A stretch of DNA of 64,000 bases from a virus (taxonomy: Duplodnaviria > Caudoviricetes), in IMG/VR virus record IMGVR_UViG_3300037424_000993, positions 1 to 64,000 of that record; one strand, written 5' to 3'. A program made the position numbers and the translations under genes. Under the pieces are notes generated by a model. It was not told where the DNA came from. It did no database searches and saw only the letters and a program-made list of their open reading frames with translations. This document shows, piece by piece, positions 43,922 through 54,219 of this stretch. How positions within the stretch are numbered: position 1 is the first letter of the stretch; the number at the start of each line of letters is the position of its first letter.

Positions 43922-44470
43922 ATGGGAATTGAAAGATCAAGACTCCCGCGGTGGCTCAAGCTGCTTGGGATGGGTCTTGTTGGATTGTTCGCGTTAATGA
44001 GCACGCTCATCGTGATTGCTGCAATTGTCGCCAGCGTAACACCCGCCGAGCCTCCGCCTCAGACACTGGCAAGTGCCCGCCCCGCGATAGTGTCGGCGAG
44101 TCCCGTCCGGCTCAGTCCCGCACATAAGCAGGAGATGAACCCCTCATCCACTGCGACAAAGCCAGACGGAAACGGCAACGAAGCTCCGCCGCGCTGTGTG
44201 ATTCAGATCCCCAGGTCGCCCAAAATGGCAGTCCCGGCATTGCCTACCGAAGCGGGGCTAGATGAGTATTCAATCGCTGCATCTGAAGACGCTTCAGACC
44301 GTGACATGACACTGCTGCTCGTAGCCAACCGTGGCAAAGTTATCGACCCTGGAACACGATGCTCGTACATTGACGTGGGGCTAACTCGCTCCCATGTCAA
44401 AATGGTGGATGGAACTTTTGAGGGACAGAAGTTTTGGTTCCCAACCGAATGGACCCGGGGTGGCAAATGA
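43922..44470 (+). CDS. Moron gene 1: membrane-anchored protein
   Basis: Opposite strand to the late operon; GGAG RBS; N-terminal TM helix. Confidence 0.7.
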   Translation: MGIERSRLPRWLKLLGMGLVGLFALMSTLIVIAAIVASVTPAEPPPQTLASARPAIVSASPVRLSPAHKQEMNPSSTATKPDGNGNEAPPRCVIQIPRSPKMAVPALPTEAGLDEYSIAASEDASDRDMTLLLVANRGKVIDPGTRCSYIDVGLTRSHVKMVDGTFEGQKFWFPTEWTRGGK

Positions 44471-45189
44471 AAGCTCTTGAGAACTCTACGCTCGCGCTGC
44501 TCCTATTGTTCGGCTGTGGAAGCGAAGGGTCGCCACCCGTAGCGGGCAGCACAATTGATGGCACTGTCGCCGGCAACACTTCTGCGCGCTCTGCTGGAGG
44601 CGCATCAGCGGATACCGTGTCTACCGATGCGGTCACCGTGGCGTCCGTGGGTGGCACCGGACCAGAACTGACGACCGACTCCACCAGCGGGAGCAGAGAC
44701 ACGACGTCGTCCAACTCGACAGATACAGCATCGGCGTCCACCGAAACAGCGTCCGGCGGCACCAGCGGCGCGACATCAGCAGTTGCGACATCGGCAGGCG
44801 GCGGATCAACCGGCAGGGCCGACACGGTCAACACGGTTTCCGTAGGTGGCTCCGGAGGATCCGGCGGGACCGCGACATCATCGCAGTCGGCAACAACTAC
44901 TGGCGCAGGTGGCGAGGGCGGTGCCCCAATTGAAGATTGTGAGTGCGATTCTGGACCATGCTGTGACGGGTGCGCCTATCTGCCATTTGGCACTGTGTGC
45001 GCCATTCACCAACCGTATTACGCCTTTTGCTATGAGAGCAGCATATCCATCGACTACCAATATGTTTTCTGCTCTGGCGAGTCGCCAGATTGCGACGGAC
45101 ATACGCATCACACTCGCAATACATTCGGCTCCTGCCCGTCCGGAGAAATGTGCGTACCCGACAGCGCCCTAGGCGCTCACTGCGAATGA
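44467..45189 (+). CDS. Moron gene 2: lipoprotein with S/T/G linker and Cys-rich C-terminus
   Basis: LLLFGC lipobox; CECDSGPCCDGC..C..CSGESPDC; ATGA coupling. Confidence 0.75.
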   Translation: MKALENSTLALLLLFGCGSEGSPPVAGSTIDGTVAGNTSARSAGGASADTVSTDAVTVASVGGTGPELTTDSTSGSRDTTSSNSTDTASASTETASGGTSGATSAVATSAGGGSTGRADTVNTVSVGGSGGSGGTATSSQSATTTGAGGEGGAPIEDCECDSGPCCDGCAYLPFGTVCAIHQPYYAFCYESSISIDYQYVFCSGESPDCDGHTHHTRNTFGSCPSGEMCVPDSALGAHCE

Positions 45190-45194
45190 CTCCG

Positions 45195-45902
45195 CTATCC
45201 GACTCTCACAATGCTCAGCCGGTTGTTGTCGCCACCAGAAAACGCCATGTCCCCAGATGAGTTAGCGCGAACCCTGATCGGCTCGGTCGGCGGGTCCGAA
45301 ATATCGAAGACCGCTGATCCTGCTACGCCTACCCCTTGTGCTGGGTCGGCGTTGAACCGCATTGATTCAGCAAAGAACATTCTCACCCCTCCCATGTACG
45401 CCCCCAGGAGCAGCCTGATTGGGTCCACGACGGATGTCGTCGTGACCCGCGCAACAATCGACACCAGGTAGCGACCAGCTTCGGTGACCGTTACCGTGCC
45501 CCCTCCACTCAGAACAATGTCAGCGTCCGCGAAATCCTCAGCAAGCGCGACAATGTCATTGTCGCTGTAGCCGCTTCCCGACATGACATAGCGCGCCGAT
45601 CCAGCGGTAACCTTTGGGGCTGCTGCTGCAACAGCTTCTGTCTCGGCTAACGATGTTGCAATGGATTTGATTGCATCCAGATATTGCGAGACGCCAGCGG
45701 TGTCCGGGGTGCCGCTTGGTGACACTTGCACAGCGTCTAGCAGAGCCTGCTGAAAACCCCATATATCGTTGACTACCTGCGCCTCCAAAGGAGTGCCGCT
45801 ACCGTCCCCTGCGACTGTCACATTGCGAGCTTTGCCGCGCGGGTAATCCGGGTCTCCAATGATCACCTGTCCTGGGTAAAGTGCGGAGGGGTCGATTGCC
45901 AT
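45195..45902 (-). CDS. Short tail-fibre-like protein
   Basis: GTPLEAQVVNDI fibre-type N-terminus; beta-rich (C1q/BclA-like) C-terminus. Confidence 0.6.
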   Translation of the reverse strand: MAIDPSALYPGQVIIGDPDYPRGKARNVTVAGDGSGTPLEAQVVNDIWGFQQALLDAVQVSPSGTPDTAGVSQYLDAIKSIATSLAETEAVAAAAPKVTAGSARYVMSGSGYSDNDIVALAEDFADADIVLSGGGTVTVTEAGRYLVSIVARVTTTSVVDPIRLLLGAYMGGVRMFFAESMRFNADPAQGVGVAGSAVFDISDPPTEPIRVRANSSGDMAFSGGDNNRLSIVRVG

Positions 45903-45909
45903 GTTTTCC

Positions 45910-47127
45910 TCAGATGTAGAGCGGGTCGCCGTCCAACTTGGTTTTTTCGCCGGGCTCCAAAGTTGCGGCCGAACCAGGTACCGGCGTGCCACCAACTGTT
46001 AGCTCAACATCAAGCACGGTGCCGGCAGCTGCGCTAACGATGTTGTCTACTATGCCAGCGATGGCGGCTCGCGTTACGCGGTCCCTCCTGGGCAGCACCG
46101 ACAGTCCTACGATGTAGGGCTCGCGCGAAAGAAAGTACTCGGAGAGCCCAGCTTTTAGCGCTTCCTTAGTTCCGGCAGCGTCTTCCGGCACATCGAAACC
46201 TGTAATGGTCACCCCGTATGCCGTGCGCAATATTGGGTAGTAATTCACCAGTGCGTTGGCTGGGCGCCGCGTGGGGATGCCGCCGACATCAAGATCGACA
46301 ACGGCCTTCACTGCTGCGAGTTCACCCGTCGGGACTGGCCCCGGGGTACCAGTCGCGACGCCATCGGGGGACACGGAACTCTCCACATACAAGTCCACCT
46401 GCCCCGGGCTATCGCTCGTGTACGGGTACACGCTCGCGATGCCCGCTGCCTCTTCGCCCCACTGCTGGTAGTCCGCATAGGCACCGCCCTGGGGTCGCTT
46501 CTGGAACTTCTGCACGATGCGGGCCCGGTATTGGGCTTCAGTCTCACCGTCCTCGCCATTTACAACTTGAGCCGTGACCGTGGCCACGCGCGAGACATTT
46601 GGTAGCGGACTCGAGAACTCCAGCTCATCACCGACGAGCAGGTTGCCAATCTCGCCAGCGCCGCCGTTGCCGCTTGGGTCAGCGACAGCCCGCACATCCA
46701 CCGTCTTGGTGGCGGCATCGAGCGTCACCGGGGCGAGCGTGAAGTAGGTGACCTGAGTGCTCGGATTCACCAGCAGTGACTGCGCCGGCAGCGTATCTGT
46801 TTGGTTGGTGACCGTGATCTGAATCGTAAACTCGCCGCGCGTCGCTGGCTCCGGGTCACCGACTCCGATAAGGCGACCCCACTCGACCAGCGGAGTGACA
46901 ACCTTTCCGTTGATGGTCGTAGGACGGAACGACGCGTGAGCGACGAATAGGTTCAAAAAGATTGTGCCGCCGTACTTGTACAGCAGCATAAACACGCCCG
47001 CGAGCGCGGCGGCGAGCACGCGCGTGAACGCCTTGGGCAGCAGCGGAATGGTCGTCGACAGCTCCGCCTCTACCTGAGAGACGATCTGATTGCGCACATC
47101 GACTGTTGTTGGAACTGCTAATGCCAT
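45910..47127 (-). CDS. Baseplate J-like protein (Mu gp47)
   Basis: GEDGETEAQYRARI..PQGGAYADYQQW. Confidence 0.88.
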   Translation of the reverse strand: MALAVPTTVDVRNQIVSQVEAELSTTIPLLPKAFTRVLAAALAGVFMLLYKYGGTIFLNLFVAHASFRPTTINGKVVTPLVEWGRLIGVGDPEPATRGEFTIQITVTNQTDTLPAQSLLVNPSTQVTYFTLAPVTLDAATKTVDVRAVADPSGNGGAGEIGNLLVGDELEFSSPLPNVSRVATVTAQVVNGEDGETEAQYRARIVQKFQKRPQGGAYADYQQWGEEAAGIASVYPYTSDSPGQVDLYVESSVSPDGVATGTPGPVPTGELAAVKAVVDLDVGGIPTRRPANALVNYYPILRTAYGVTITGFDVPEDAAGTKEALKAGLSEYFLSREPYIVGLSVLPRRDRVTRAAIAGIVDNIVSAAAGTVLDVELTVGGTPVPGSAATLEPGEKTKLDGDPLYI

Positions 47128-47130
47128 GCG

Positions 47131-47565
47131 TTACGTGCCCCAGGGGATGGGCGGGAACTGAAACGGAATCACTCGACCGTCGACCTCGGCAAACACATCG
47201 AGCTGCACTGTTCTGAGCGCAGGCATGCGCGCGCGCGCGGCCACGAACGTCGCTACACCGGTCTCGGTCGCCCACGCTAAGTCTTGGTTCGCCGCCTCTT
47301 CCAGCTTGCGAAGGTTGGCTGTCGTGGCTGGCATCGAGCGAATAACGGACTGCGTGCGGCTGCGGTAACGTCGCGTTGGCTCGCCTTCGATCAGATTGCC
47401 CCACCACTGTTTAGTGAGCGTGGCATCGCTGCCATCGTCGTCATCGTTGCCGCCGAAAAGCGAGAGGTAGAACGCGCTCGAAAGGCCGTCGTCGGTGACG
47501 AGCTGACCATTCGAAAGGCGAATGTCGCCGTCGTCTTGGGACTGAAAGATTTGAACGTCGGTCAC
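47131..47565 (-). CDS. Baseplate protein (Mu gp46-like)
   Basis: YLSLFG, WWGN, RSR, EEAANQDLAW. Confidence 0.8.
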   Translation of the reverse strand: MTDVQIFQSQDDGDIRLSNGQLVTDDGLSSAFYLSLFGGNDDDDGSDATLTKQWWGNLIEGEPTRRYRSRTQSVIRSMPATTANLRKLEEAANQDLAWATETGVATFVAARARMPALRTVQLDVFAEVDGRVIPFQFPPIPWGT

Positions 47566-47849
47566 CAGAGAACCAGCACGCGCGTCACGGTGGTCGACGC
47601 TCGGATAGCGAAGATGCCCAGCGTGAGCGGGATGTTTTTCGATTCAAGCAAGTTGCCGGAATAGGTCTCATCGCCGTACTTTGTGGACAGCGTGAGCGCA
47701 CCGGAGCCGGCTTCCAGGACCCACAATTGGCGAGCGCTCTTGCCGCTTGGCCCGGCTGCGACAAGGTCGATGTCCTCTGCAAAAGACGCGTACTCCTTTG
47801 CGAAGATTCCGACGTATTCGTCTGTGTTGATCTGATCTTCGTCTGCCAT
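47562..47849 (-). CDS. Hypothetical protein
   Basis: GGAG RBS. Confidence 0.55.
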   Translation of the reverse strand: MADEDQINTDEYVGIFAKEYASFAEDIDLVAAGPSGKSARQLWVLEAGSGALTLSTKYGDETYSGNLLESKNIPLTLGIFAIRASTTVTRVLVLW

Positions 47850-47850
47850 T

Positions 47851-48291
47851 TTAGCTCCAAGGCACCGGCGCTCCACCACCTGACGGCGTCGCGGTACCCG
47901 TGCGTGCCCACGTGTCTATTGCCGTCGCGTACTTCTGCGCCGCGGCAGCGTGCGTCTCCGGAAACGGAGGCGCGAATAGTGTCGCGAACCCCACCGGGGA
48001 GGGCGGCGGGGTCGCGACGAACGCAGGCGCCATTCCGGTGCCTACGGTTGTCGCAAAAGCCTGGAACGCTGCATCCATTGGTGACGCGGCATCCTCGGTG
48101 CCGAACGCGCTTGCCAGAGCGCCTGCTAGCGTCGCCTGGGCCGCGCTGACCGTCGTGGATGCCGGGACTACCCCGGAGGCGTAAGCGCCCACGGCGTCCG
48201 CCCAGGCTTGCCCGCACTCGGCCACAGTGGCCGGCGGGGAGGCGAACAGGGATTCAAGGTCTGATTGGAGACCGGGTGCACTCAGAGGCAT
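47851..48291 (-). CDS. Hypothetical Ala-rich virion protein
   Basis: Coupled to the spike gene. Confidence 0.6.
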   Translation of the reverse strand: MPLSAPGLQSDLESLFASPPATVAECGQAWADAVGAYASGVVPASTTVSAAQATLAGALASAFGTEDAASPMDAAFQAFATTVGTGMAPAFVATPPPSPVGFATLFAPPFPETHAAAAQKYATAIDTWARTGTATPSGGGAPVPWS

Positions 48292-48770
48292 TAGGCGCTA
48301 GGCGTTGGCGGACCCGTCGGTCCGGTGGCTGAGGGGTGAACATGCAGGTCGAGCGACACACCGAGAGCCGTCTGGACGTCGCCAGTAATCGTGATAGTGG
48401 CGCCGTTGATCTCGCAGCTCCCGTCTGGGTTCATCTTGCCGGAGCCAGCGGCGTTCGAGAATTCGATCGTGCCGTCGCCCTGCAGGTGGACCTCGGCAAC
48501 GATGACACCGGCCGGGTTGCGCGCGTAGAACCGGAACTCGCCAGGCTCTGCCGTGGCGTCATTCTGGGTGTCCTGATAGCCGCTGACTTGTTGGGCACCG
48601 GTACCGGTCGAGTCTTCAATTGCAGCCGTGTCGCCCGGCAGCGGAGGCGCATCGACGCCGGCCGAGTCGTAGTGACCAGCGGTGAAGATTTCGCCGCCGC
48701 CGACGTCAACCTTGGTCTCTGGTCCGCTTTCGGTCACCTCGTAGTCGAGGACTTCGCCTAGGCGTCCCAT
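48291..48770 (-). CDS. Baseplate spike (Mu gp45/gpV-like)
   Basis: PLPGD, GEFRFY, C-terminal LDLHVH metal-binding HxH. Confidence 0.8.
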   Translation of the reverse strand: MGRLGEVLDYEVTESGPETKVDVGGGEIFTAGHYDSAGVDAPPLPGDTAAIEDSTGTGAQQVSGYQDTQNDATAEPGEFRFYARNPAGVIVAEVHLQGDGTIEFSNAAGSGKMNPDGSCEINGATITITGDVQTALGVSLDLHVHPSATGPTGPPTPSA

Positions 48771-49885
48771 TAGAGCGCCCCCAAAACTTCGTCCTCGATC
48801 GACAGCCCGCCGATGCCGAGCGATAGACCCTCGTCCCAAGGAAGACTCTCGGGGCTTTCACCCGAAAACGCGCCAGGCATGACCAGGTTAAGCGATGCCG
48901 TCTGCGAGTCCGCGGATGCCTTCAGCTTCACGTGGCGGATGAGGAACTCATACGGCTCGTAGATCATCATGTCCGGGCAATGCAGCTCGATCGTGGTGTT
49001 GGGTCGAAACAGGTTGCCTTTCGGATCTCTCCACGTCGGCAAATCCTCGACGTCCACCGCCGCCATATTTGCGAACATTCTGCCTAGCTTTGCCCTGACC
49101 GCGTTGGGCGCGTCGCCGGGCTCTGTGTCTTGGAGCTTGAACGCCATCGGCCTGAGCACGTTGGTCAGCCACGGATTGCGCTCGCGAAACTTGCTGCCCT
49201 TTTTCTTGCGCGTCCGCGGACAGAACCCGGTCATCTCGCTGAAGTAATCCTGCGAACTGAAAGCAGCCTTCACCGTTCCTGCCGGGCGATTCTCGAGTCG
49301 CGCAACGGGGCTGCCAGTGGTGACCGATCGCCAGCACAACAGGGCACCTGCCTCGGTACTGGAAAGCACGAAGTTCCTCTGTTTTGCCAGCTCGATCAAA
49401 AACGAGAGCGGCTTCTTGTCGACTTCGAGAGCCTCCTTTTTGAAAGCCGCTCCCGTGTCAATGCGCACATCAGAGTCTAGTTCGAACGGACCAAGCAGCG
49501 TGCTCATGATCTGCACGAAGGTCTGCTTGTTGAACTCGAGCGGCACCGAGTCGCCTGGCATCGTGCAGTCGCCCAGCACGCCAGGGAGTGAGTAGCCAGC
49601 GATTGCTACCGTGCTGCCGTCAGCGTTGCTCTCTGGCGCGATGTCTACCACCGTGCCGGTGAACAACGGCTCGCCGCCCAGATGCACCTCAAGAGACTTG
49701 TATTTGAAGGGGCGGAATATCTCCCGCAGATCGTGCCGGCTCGAGTCCCACGGCGCCTGAAGTTCGACGGTGGAGATTGTATCGAGCGAAAGCGTGACCT
49801 TCACCTCGGTCCAATATCGAAGCTCCTGGTCATCAATGATGACCGTGACCTCGTCCGGATCCTTCGGCTTGAGCAGAGACAACAT
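48770..49885 (-). CDS. Baseplate hub (Mu gp44/P-like)
   Basis: WTEVKVTLSLD, LFTGTV, L.DC; gene order. Confidence 0.8.
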   Translation of the reverse strand: MLSLLKPKDPDEVTVIIDDQELRYWTEVKVTLSLDTISTVELQAPWDSSRHDLREIFRPFKYKSLEVHLGGEPLFTGTVVDIAPESNADGSTVAIAGYSLPGVLGDCTMPGDSVPLEFNKQTFVQIMSTLLGPFELDSDVRIDTGAAFKKEALEVDKKPLSFLIELAKQRNFVLSSTEAGALLCWRSVTTGSPVARLENRPAGTVKAAFSSQDYFSEMTGFCPRTRKKKGSKFRERNPWLTNVLRPMAFKLQDTEPGDAPNAVRAKLGRMFANMAAVDVEDLPTWRDPKGNLFRPNTTIELHCPDMMIYEPYEFLIRHVKLKASADSQTASLNLVMPGAFSGESPESLPWDEGLSLGIGGLSIEDEVLGAL

Positions 49886-49888
49886 GCT

Positions 49889-51244
49889 TCACGCGTCCGG
49901 GTAGTAGACGATGAGCTTTTTGCGTGGCAGCTCCAGCACCTCGTCCCCGGTCAAGTTGTTCGTCTGGATCATGAAGTCCAGTCGCTCATCAACCTGCCCG
50001 TAAAGCTCCGCGCACAGATCGACAATCGTACGCGGACGGTCGAGCACGATCTGACGCTCTGGAATGAGCGTGAACGAGATGTCGATAAGTCGACCTGCGG
50101 CCAGCGCCACTGCAGACTGCAGCTGCTGGAAGCTGTCGCCTTGGTCGACCTGGAAGGCTCCGATTTCGGCAGCGCCCTCTAGCGCCTCGAACCCACCGTC
50201 ACGCCACGCCACGAGCGCCGCCATCTGCGCAAGCACCTGCTCCGCCGCTGCGATCGCCTGAGGGCGCGTTTCATACTGGGTCTCTAGCGTCGTCGCAACA
50301 GAGCTCGCTACCGCGCTGGACGCGAACAAGTCGGCCACGTGCCAATCGTTAGCTATCTGCGTCGTGCGCACCGCTAGTGCAGTGCCAGCCGCCAACGCTT
50401 CACCTGGTGTGCCCGCCGCTGACTCGAAGATACTGTTCGCTAGATTACGGTAAGCATCAAGACGAGAAAGGATGCCGTCTATCGCGCGCGCAGGTGCGCG
50501 CACGAGGTTGACGCATTGGCGCGCGAGCAAAAGCGGCTGCCCGACAAGCACGTCCAAGCCGAAGTTGATCGTGCTCTGGATGTCCGCGAACTCCCGCCGG
50601 ACGCTAGCGACAGAGTCGCTGGCTTGCTTCAGAGCGGCGCTGGTTTCGCGCAGAAACTTTTTGATCGCGCTCTTCATGTTGGCGCGCTCAATGGCGCCAG
50701 CAAGGCTCGTGCTGTCAGAAAACTGTTGTGCCGCTGCGACGTCGAACCCGAGTATCGATGCTTGAATCTCGCTGCGCGGGTCGCCGAGAGCTGACGGGTA
50801 GACCGCCCCCAGCGTCGTCAGAAACGTGACTTCAACGATCGACTGATTCGCCTCTTCCTTCAGATCGTCGCGTCGAGTGACGGTTCCGAACGGCACAACG
50901 TCTGGAATCGTGCCGTAGAGCGGATGCTCAAGCTTGCCGATGCCCGGCTCCAGTAGCGCCGCTTCGAACGCGCTGGCCTCCAGGTCACAGTTCTTTCCGT
51001 TGAAGTAACAGCGCAGTGGATATCGCCGCTCGCTGTATCCCTTCTGTTGCACATACGCACCGTTCACCCCGGGGAAGGTGAAGACGGTGCCGCGCTTGTC
51101 GAAGTTGCGGGAAACGCTCTCCCACTGAAACAGAATACGCGTGCCAGTGGGCGAGATATAGGCGCCCTCCTCTATGCGGTCTTCCCACGATGCACCGAAC
51201 AGATCGAGCAGACCGGCAATGCCGGGCGGGACGAAGCCTGCCAT
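49889..51244 (-). CDS. Mu gp43/N-like DNA circularisation/tail protein
   Basis: G.LEHPLYG, IVEVTF, C-terminal LYG..N..I. Confidence 0.8.
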   Translation of the reverse strand: MAGFVPPGIAGLLDLFGASWEDRIEEGAYISPTGTRILFQWESVSRNFDKRGTVFTFPGVNGAYVQQKGYSERRYPLRCYFNGKNCDLEASAFEAALLEPGIGKLEHPLYGTIPDVVPFGTVTRRDDLKEEANQSIVEVTFLTTLGAVYPSALGDPRSEIQASILGFDVAAAQQFSDSTSLAGAIERANMKSAIKKFLRETSAALKQASDSVASVRREFADIQSTINFGLDVLVGQPLLLARQCVNLVRAPARAIDGILSRLDAYRNLANSIFESAAGTPGEALAAGTALAVRTTQIANDWHVADLFASSAVASSVATTLETQYETRPQAIAAAEQVLAQMAALVAWRDGGFEALEGAAEIGAFQVDQGDSFQQLQSAVALAAGRLIDISFTLIPERQIVLDRPRTIVDLCAELYGQVDERLDFMIQTNNLTGDEVLELPRKKLIVYYPDA

Positions 51245-53496
51245 TAGAGCCCCCCACTGGGCGGCACGTGGATACGCCCACTACGGGGCTGTTTGTCGAC
51301 AGACACCACGCCAGGCGGAGCGTTGACGTTGAGTTCGCCGAACCAGTCGCCGCCGCCCGCTCCGCTCCCAGCGAGTTCCTCTGCCATTTGTCGTGACCCG
51401 CGCTCTTGCGGGCCAACCGGAGCCGGCTCTGTCCTACTCGCCAATGCCTGACGCTCCTTCGAGCGTTTGATCGCTTGCTCGTTTTGGAATGCGTCAACGG
51501 CTTCAAATGGGTCGAACGTGCCGCGCTTCCACATTTCGCCGATGGTACCGGTAACGCCGAGACCCTCGGTTTCCGACGCTAGCTTGTTCGCTTGATCCAT
51601 CGCCAGCATGACCGCGCCAACTGCAGCTGCAGCAGCTCCCGCGCTGACAGCTAGCGCTTTCATTGCCGCGGCTCCTGCAGTGGTTGCTGCGGTACCGGCT
51701 ACTGTGGCGGCCGTTGCCCTGCCTCTGGCAATCGCGTAGATGTTGGTTGCAGCTGTGCCCAGTCCAGTAGCCGTGTTAAGCGCGATCTGTGCGACCTTGC
51801 GCGCCACCGTTGCCACGGTGTCAGCAATCGTCTTGACCGTGCTTCCAGACGTCGCGAACGAATATGCCGCAACCAAAGCGGCTCCGGCTTTTGATACCAG
51901 GTTGAACGCCGTGTGCGCCGCGTTTCGCGCCCAGGTTGCCACGGTGTTCGCGCCGCTGGCCGCAGTCGACGCAATGGTTGTTGCGGTGACCCGCGATGTT
52001 GCCAATTGCGCCAGGGCTAGAGCAGCATTCATAACCTTGGTAGCGGCCACCTTTGCCCACGTTGCGACCGTGGACGCGACCACAACTGCAGTATTGGCGA
52101 TGACCGCTGCCGTACGTGCAACAATTTGGCTGGTAAATATGCGCCCCACCACCGCTGCGGCCTTGGTGGCTATCTCGAACGCAGCGACCGCAACGCTGGC
52201 CACCTTTACTGCAGCCGCGAAAGTGTAGAACACGGCAAGCCCGACACCGATCCGCTTTGCCCACTTGGCGATCTCTGGCAGCTTCTTCTTGGTGTCGTTC
52301 ACAAAGTCGACGAACTTTGACGTAATGAGCTGTTCATTCTCTCCTACCCACTTCGTCATGCCCTGCACCAGACCACGCAGTGGAGCGCCCTGGGTCTCGA
52401 ACAGCTTCACCTTCACGGCATCGACAGCGGACCCTAGCAACGTCATGTCGCCCTTGAAGTTGTCCATTTTCAGGGCCGCCATCTTCTTAGCTGCTCCCTC
52501 GGCGTTCTGAAGCTGATCGGTAAGCGTCGTAAGTTTTCCGCTCTCAAACAGATCCTTCAGGTTCGCTGCTGCCTTCTGCCCGCGAAGCCCAACGAGGTCC
52601 GCCAAAAATGCTACTTGATCGAAGTTGCCGCCGGCCTTGTTGGACGCAATTGAGATCTGCTCAATCACTTTCTGCAGCGGCAGCATATTGCCCTTAGCAT
52701 CCTTGAACGACACCCCGAACTTTTTCATTTGTGCGGCGACCGCTGCCGGTGGCTTGGCAAGCTTCGTCAGCATCGTGTTCATGGCGGAACCGGCGACGCT
52801 CGCATCTAGGCCAACGTCCTGGAGCGCAGCGACGCCAGCCACGGCGCTCTCCAGTGGCACGCCTAGCTGCCGCGCCGTCGACGCAACATTGCGCATCGAC
52901 TCGCCAAGGCTACCGATCGAGCTATTCGTCTTCGAGCTTGCCAGAGCAAGAACGTCGGCGACGCGTGTTGCCTCGCTTGTCTCCAGCCCCATGCCTTTGA
53001 GCACATTGGAAACGTGGTCCGCAACCTCTGCCATCTCCAATCCGGAAGCCGCCGCGGCGTCCAACACGCCGGAGACACCACTCAAGATCTCTTCGTTCTT
53101 GAATCCAGCGCGCGCCATGATTTCCATGGCGTTCGCTGCTTCACTCGCCGTGAACTTGGTGGTTGCGCCAAGCTCTTTTGCCTTGTTTTCCAGACTTGAT
53201 ATCTGGTCGCGCGTCTGGAGCCCAACGGCGCCAACGGCGGTGATCGCTTCTTCGAAGTCAGCCCCGGCATCGATGACACTCTTCGCAACAACTCCGCCAG
53301 CAGCGGCTGCGGCTGCAGCGCCAACGGCAACGCGCTTGAAAGCGTTGTGCATCGCACCGGCGGCAGCGTCGGCTTTGCGTAGCCCGGATCGCAAGCCACG
53401 AGCGAAGCGCTTAAAGCGCCCCTCCATGCTGGCAACCGTGCGATTGAACTTCGCAGCGTTCGCGGTAAACCGTGCTTCGAGCGAAAATCTGGACAT
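51244..53496 (-). CDS. Tape measure protein (TP901-type core)
   Basis: AKELGATTKFTASEAANAM..LARAG; Ala-rich. Confidence 0.9.
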   Translation of the reverse strand: MSRFSLEARFTANAAKFNRTVASMEGRFKRFARGLRSGLRKADAAAGAMHNAFKRVAVGAAAAAAAGGVVAKSVIDAGADFEEAITAVGAVGLQTRDQISSLENKAKELGATTKFTASEAANAMEIMARAGFKNEEILSGVSGVLDAAAASGLEMAEVADHVSNVLKGMGLETSEATRVADVLALASSKTNSSIGSLGESMRNVASTARQLGVPLESAVAGVAALQDVGLDASVAGSAMNTMLTKLAKPPAAVAAQMKKFGVSFKDAKGNMLPLQKVIEQISIASNKAGGNFDQVAFLADLVGLRGQKAAANLKDLFESGKLTTLTDQLQNAEGAAKKMAALKMDNFKGDMTLLGSAVDAVKVKLFETQGAPLRGLVQGMTKWVGENEQLITSKFVDFVNDTKKKLPEIAKWAKRIGVGLAVFYTFAAAVKVASVAVAAFEIATKAAAVVGRIFTSQIVARTAAVIANTAVVVASTVATWAKVAATKVMNAALALAQLATSRVTATTIASTAASGANTVATWARNAAHTAFNLVSKAGAALVAAYSFATSGSTVKTIADTVATVARKVAQIALNTATGLGTAATNIYAIARGRATAATVAGTAATTAGAAAMKALAVSAGAAAAAVGAVMLAMDQANKLASETEGLGVTGTIGEMWKRGTFDPFEAVDAFQNEQAIKRSKERQALASRTEPAPVGPQERGSRQMAEELAGSGAGGGDWFGELNVNAPPGVVSVDKQPRSGRIHVPPSGGL

Positions 53497-53499
53497 GAG

Positions 53500-53790
53500 C
53501 TAGCGGCGTCGGCGCCCCAAATGACGATAGGGCCGAAGCGAATTGTTCGCCTCGGCCCTCTGGTAGTGCTTTTTCAATGTCTTCCGCAGTCCGTTGTAGA
53601 AGAAGCGAATATCGCTCACCGTCAACGTGCGTGGATCCGGCAGCCCCGGGTAGTCCATGCAAATCTGCAGGAGCATGTCACGGTGCACATTTGCGGCCGT
53701 GTTTAAGCTGCGCTTTGCGGCGCCCGTTCCTTCGCTTGGCAGTCGCACGTCGTGTCCGCCTTGAATAAGCGTGTCGACTGTTAGTCCAAA
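53500..53790 (-). CDS. -1 frame extension of the tail assembly chaperone
   Basis: The -1 frame is open from the slippery site to the stop at 53500. Confidence 0.7.
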   Translation of the reverse strand, partial: FGLTVDTLIQGGHDVRLPSEGTGAAKRSLNTAANVHRDMLLQICMDYPGLPDPRTLTVSDIRFFYNGLRKTLKKHYQRAEANNSLRPYRHLGRRRR

Positions 53791-54188
53791 AAAAGGTTAG
53801 CCAGCGCCAGGCATAGGTTGAAGTCGCGCATGCGCAGCCTAGAGATTTCTCCGCCCATAAGACGGGTCATCGAGTGCGCGACAGCCACTGTTTTGCTGAT
53901 GTCACCTTCGAACTTGTCGGCCGCCATAAAGTCCGCGCCAGTCGCCTCGTGGAACGTGATCGCCGTCACCCCTTTTGGCGGATTCTCCGGGGTAAACGTC
54001 GGCGTTCCGTCGTCGGCAATAACGAGCGTACCTGCCACAATAGCGTCGACAGCCTTCTTCCTGCGATCAGCAAACTGCTTCTTGTCGGCTACCGACATCT
54101 TGCTTTCGTCAATGTCAACGCGCCGAGCCGCGCACATGCGCTCGAACTCTGCCAGCGCCACTTCGGGCGCGACTCTCTCATCAGCCAT
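53781..54188 (-). CDS. Tail assembly chaperone
   Basis: Between tube and TMP; ends in the slippery site. Confidence 0.75.
   Translation of the reverse strand: MADERVAPEVALAEFERMCAARRVDIDESKMSVADKKQFADRRKKAVDAIVAGTLVIADDGTPTFTPENPPKGVTAITFHEATGADFMAADKFEGDISKTVAVAHSMTRLMGGEISRLRMRDFNLCLALANLFLD
53787..53793 (-). promoter_or_regulatory. -1 ribosomal frameshift slippery site T TTT TTG
   Basis: CTT TTT TTG GAC TAA at the chaperone 3' end. Confidence 0.75.
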
Positions 54189-54219
54189 AGTTCCTCCCTG
54201 TGGCTTTGGGTGTTATGGG

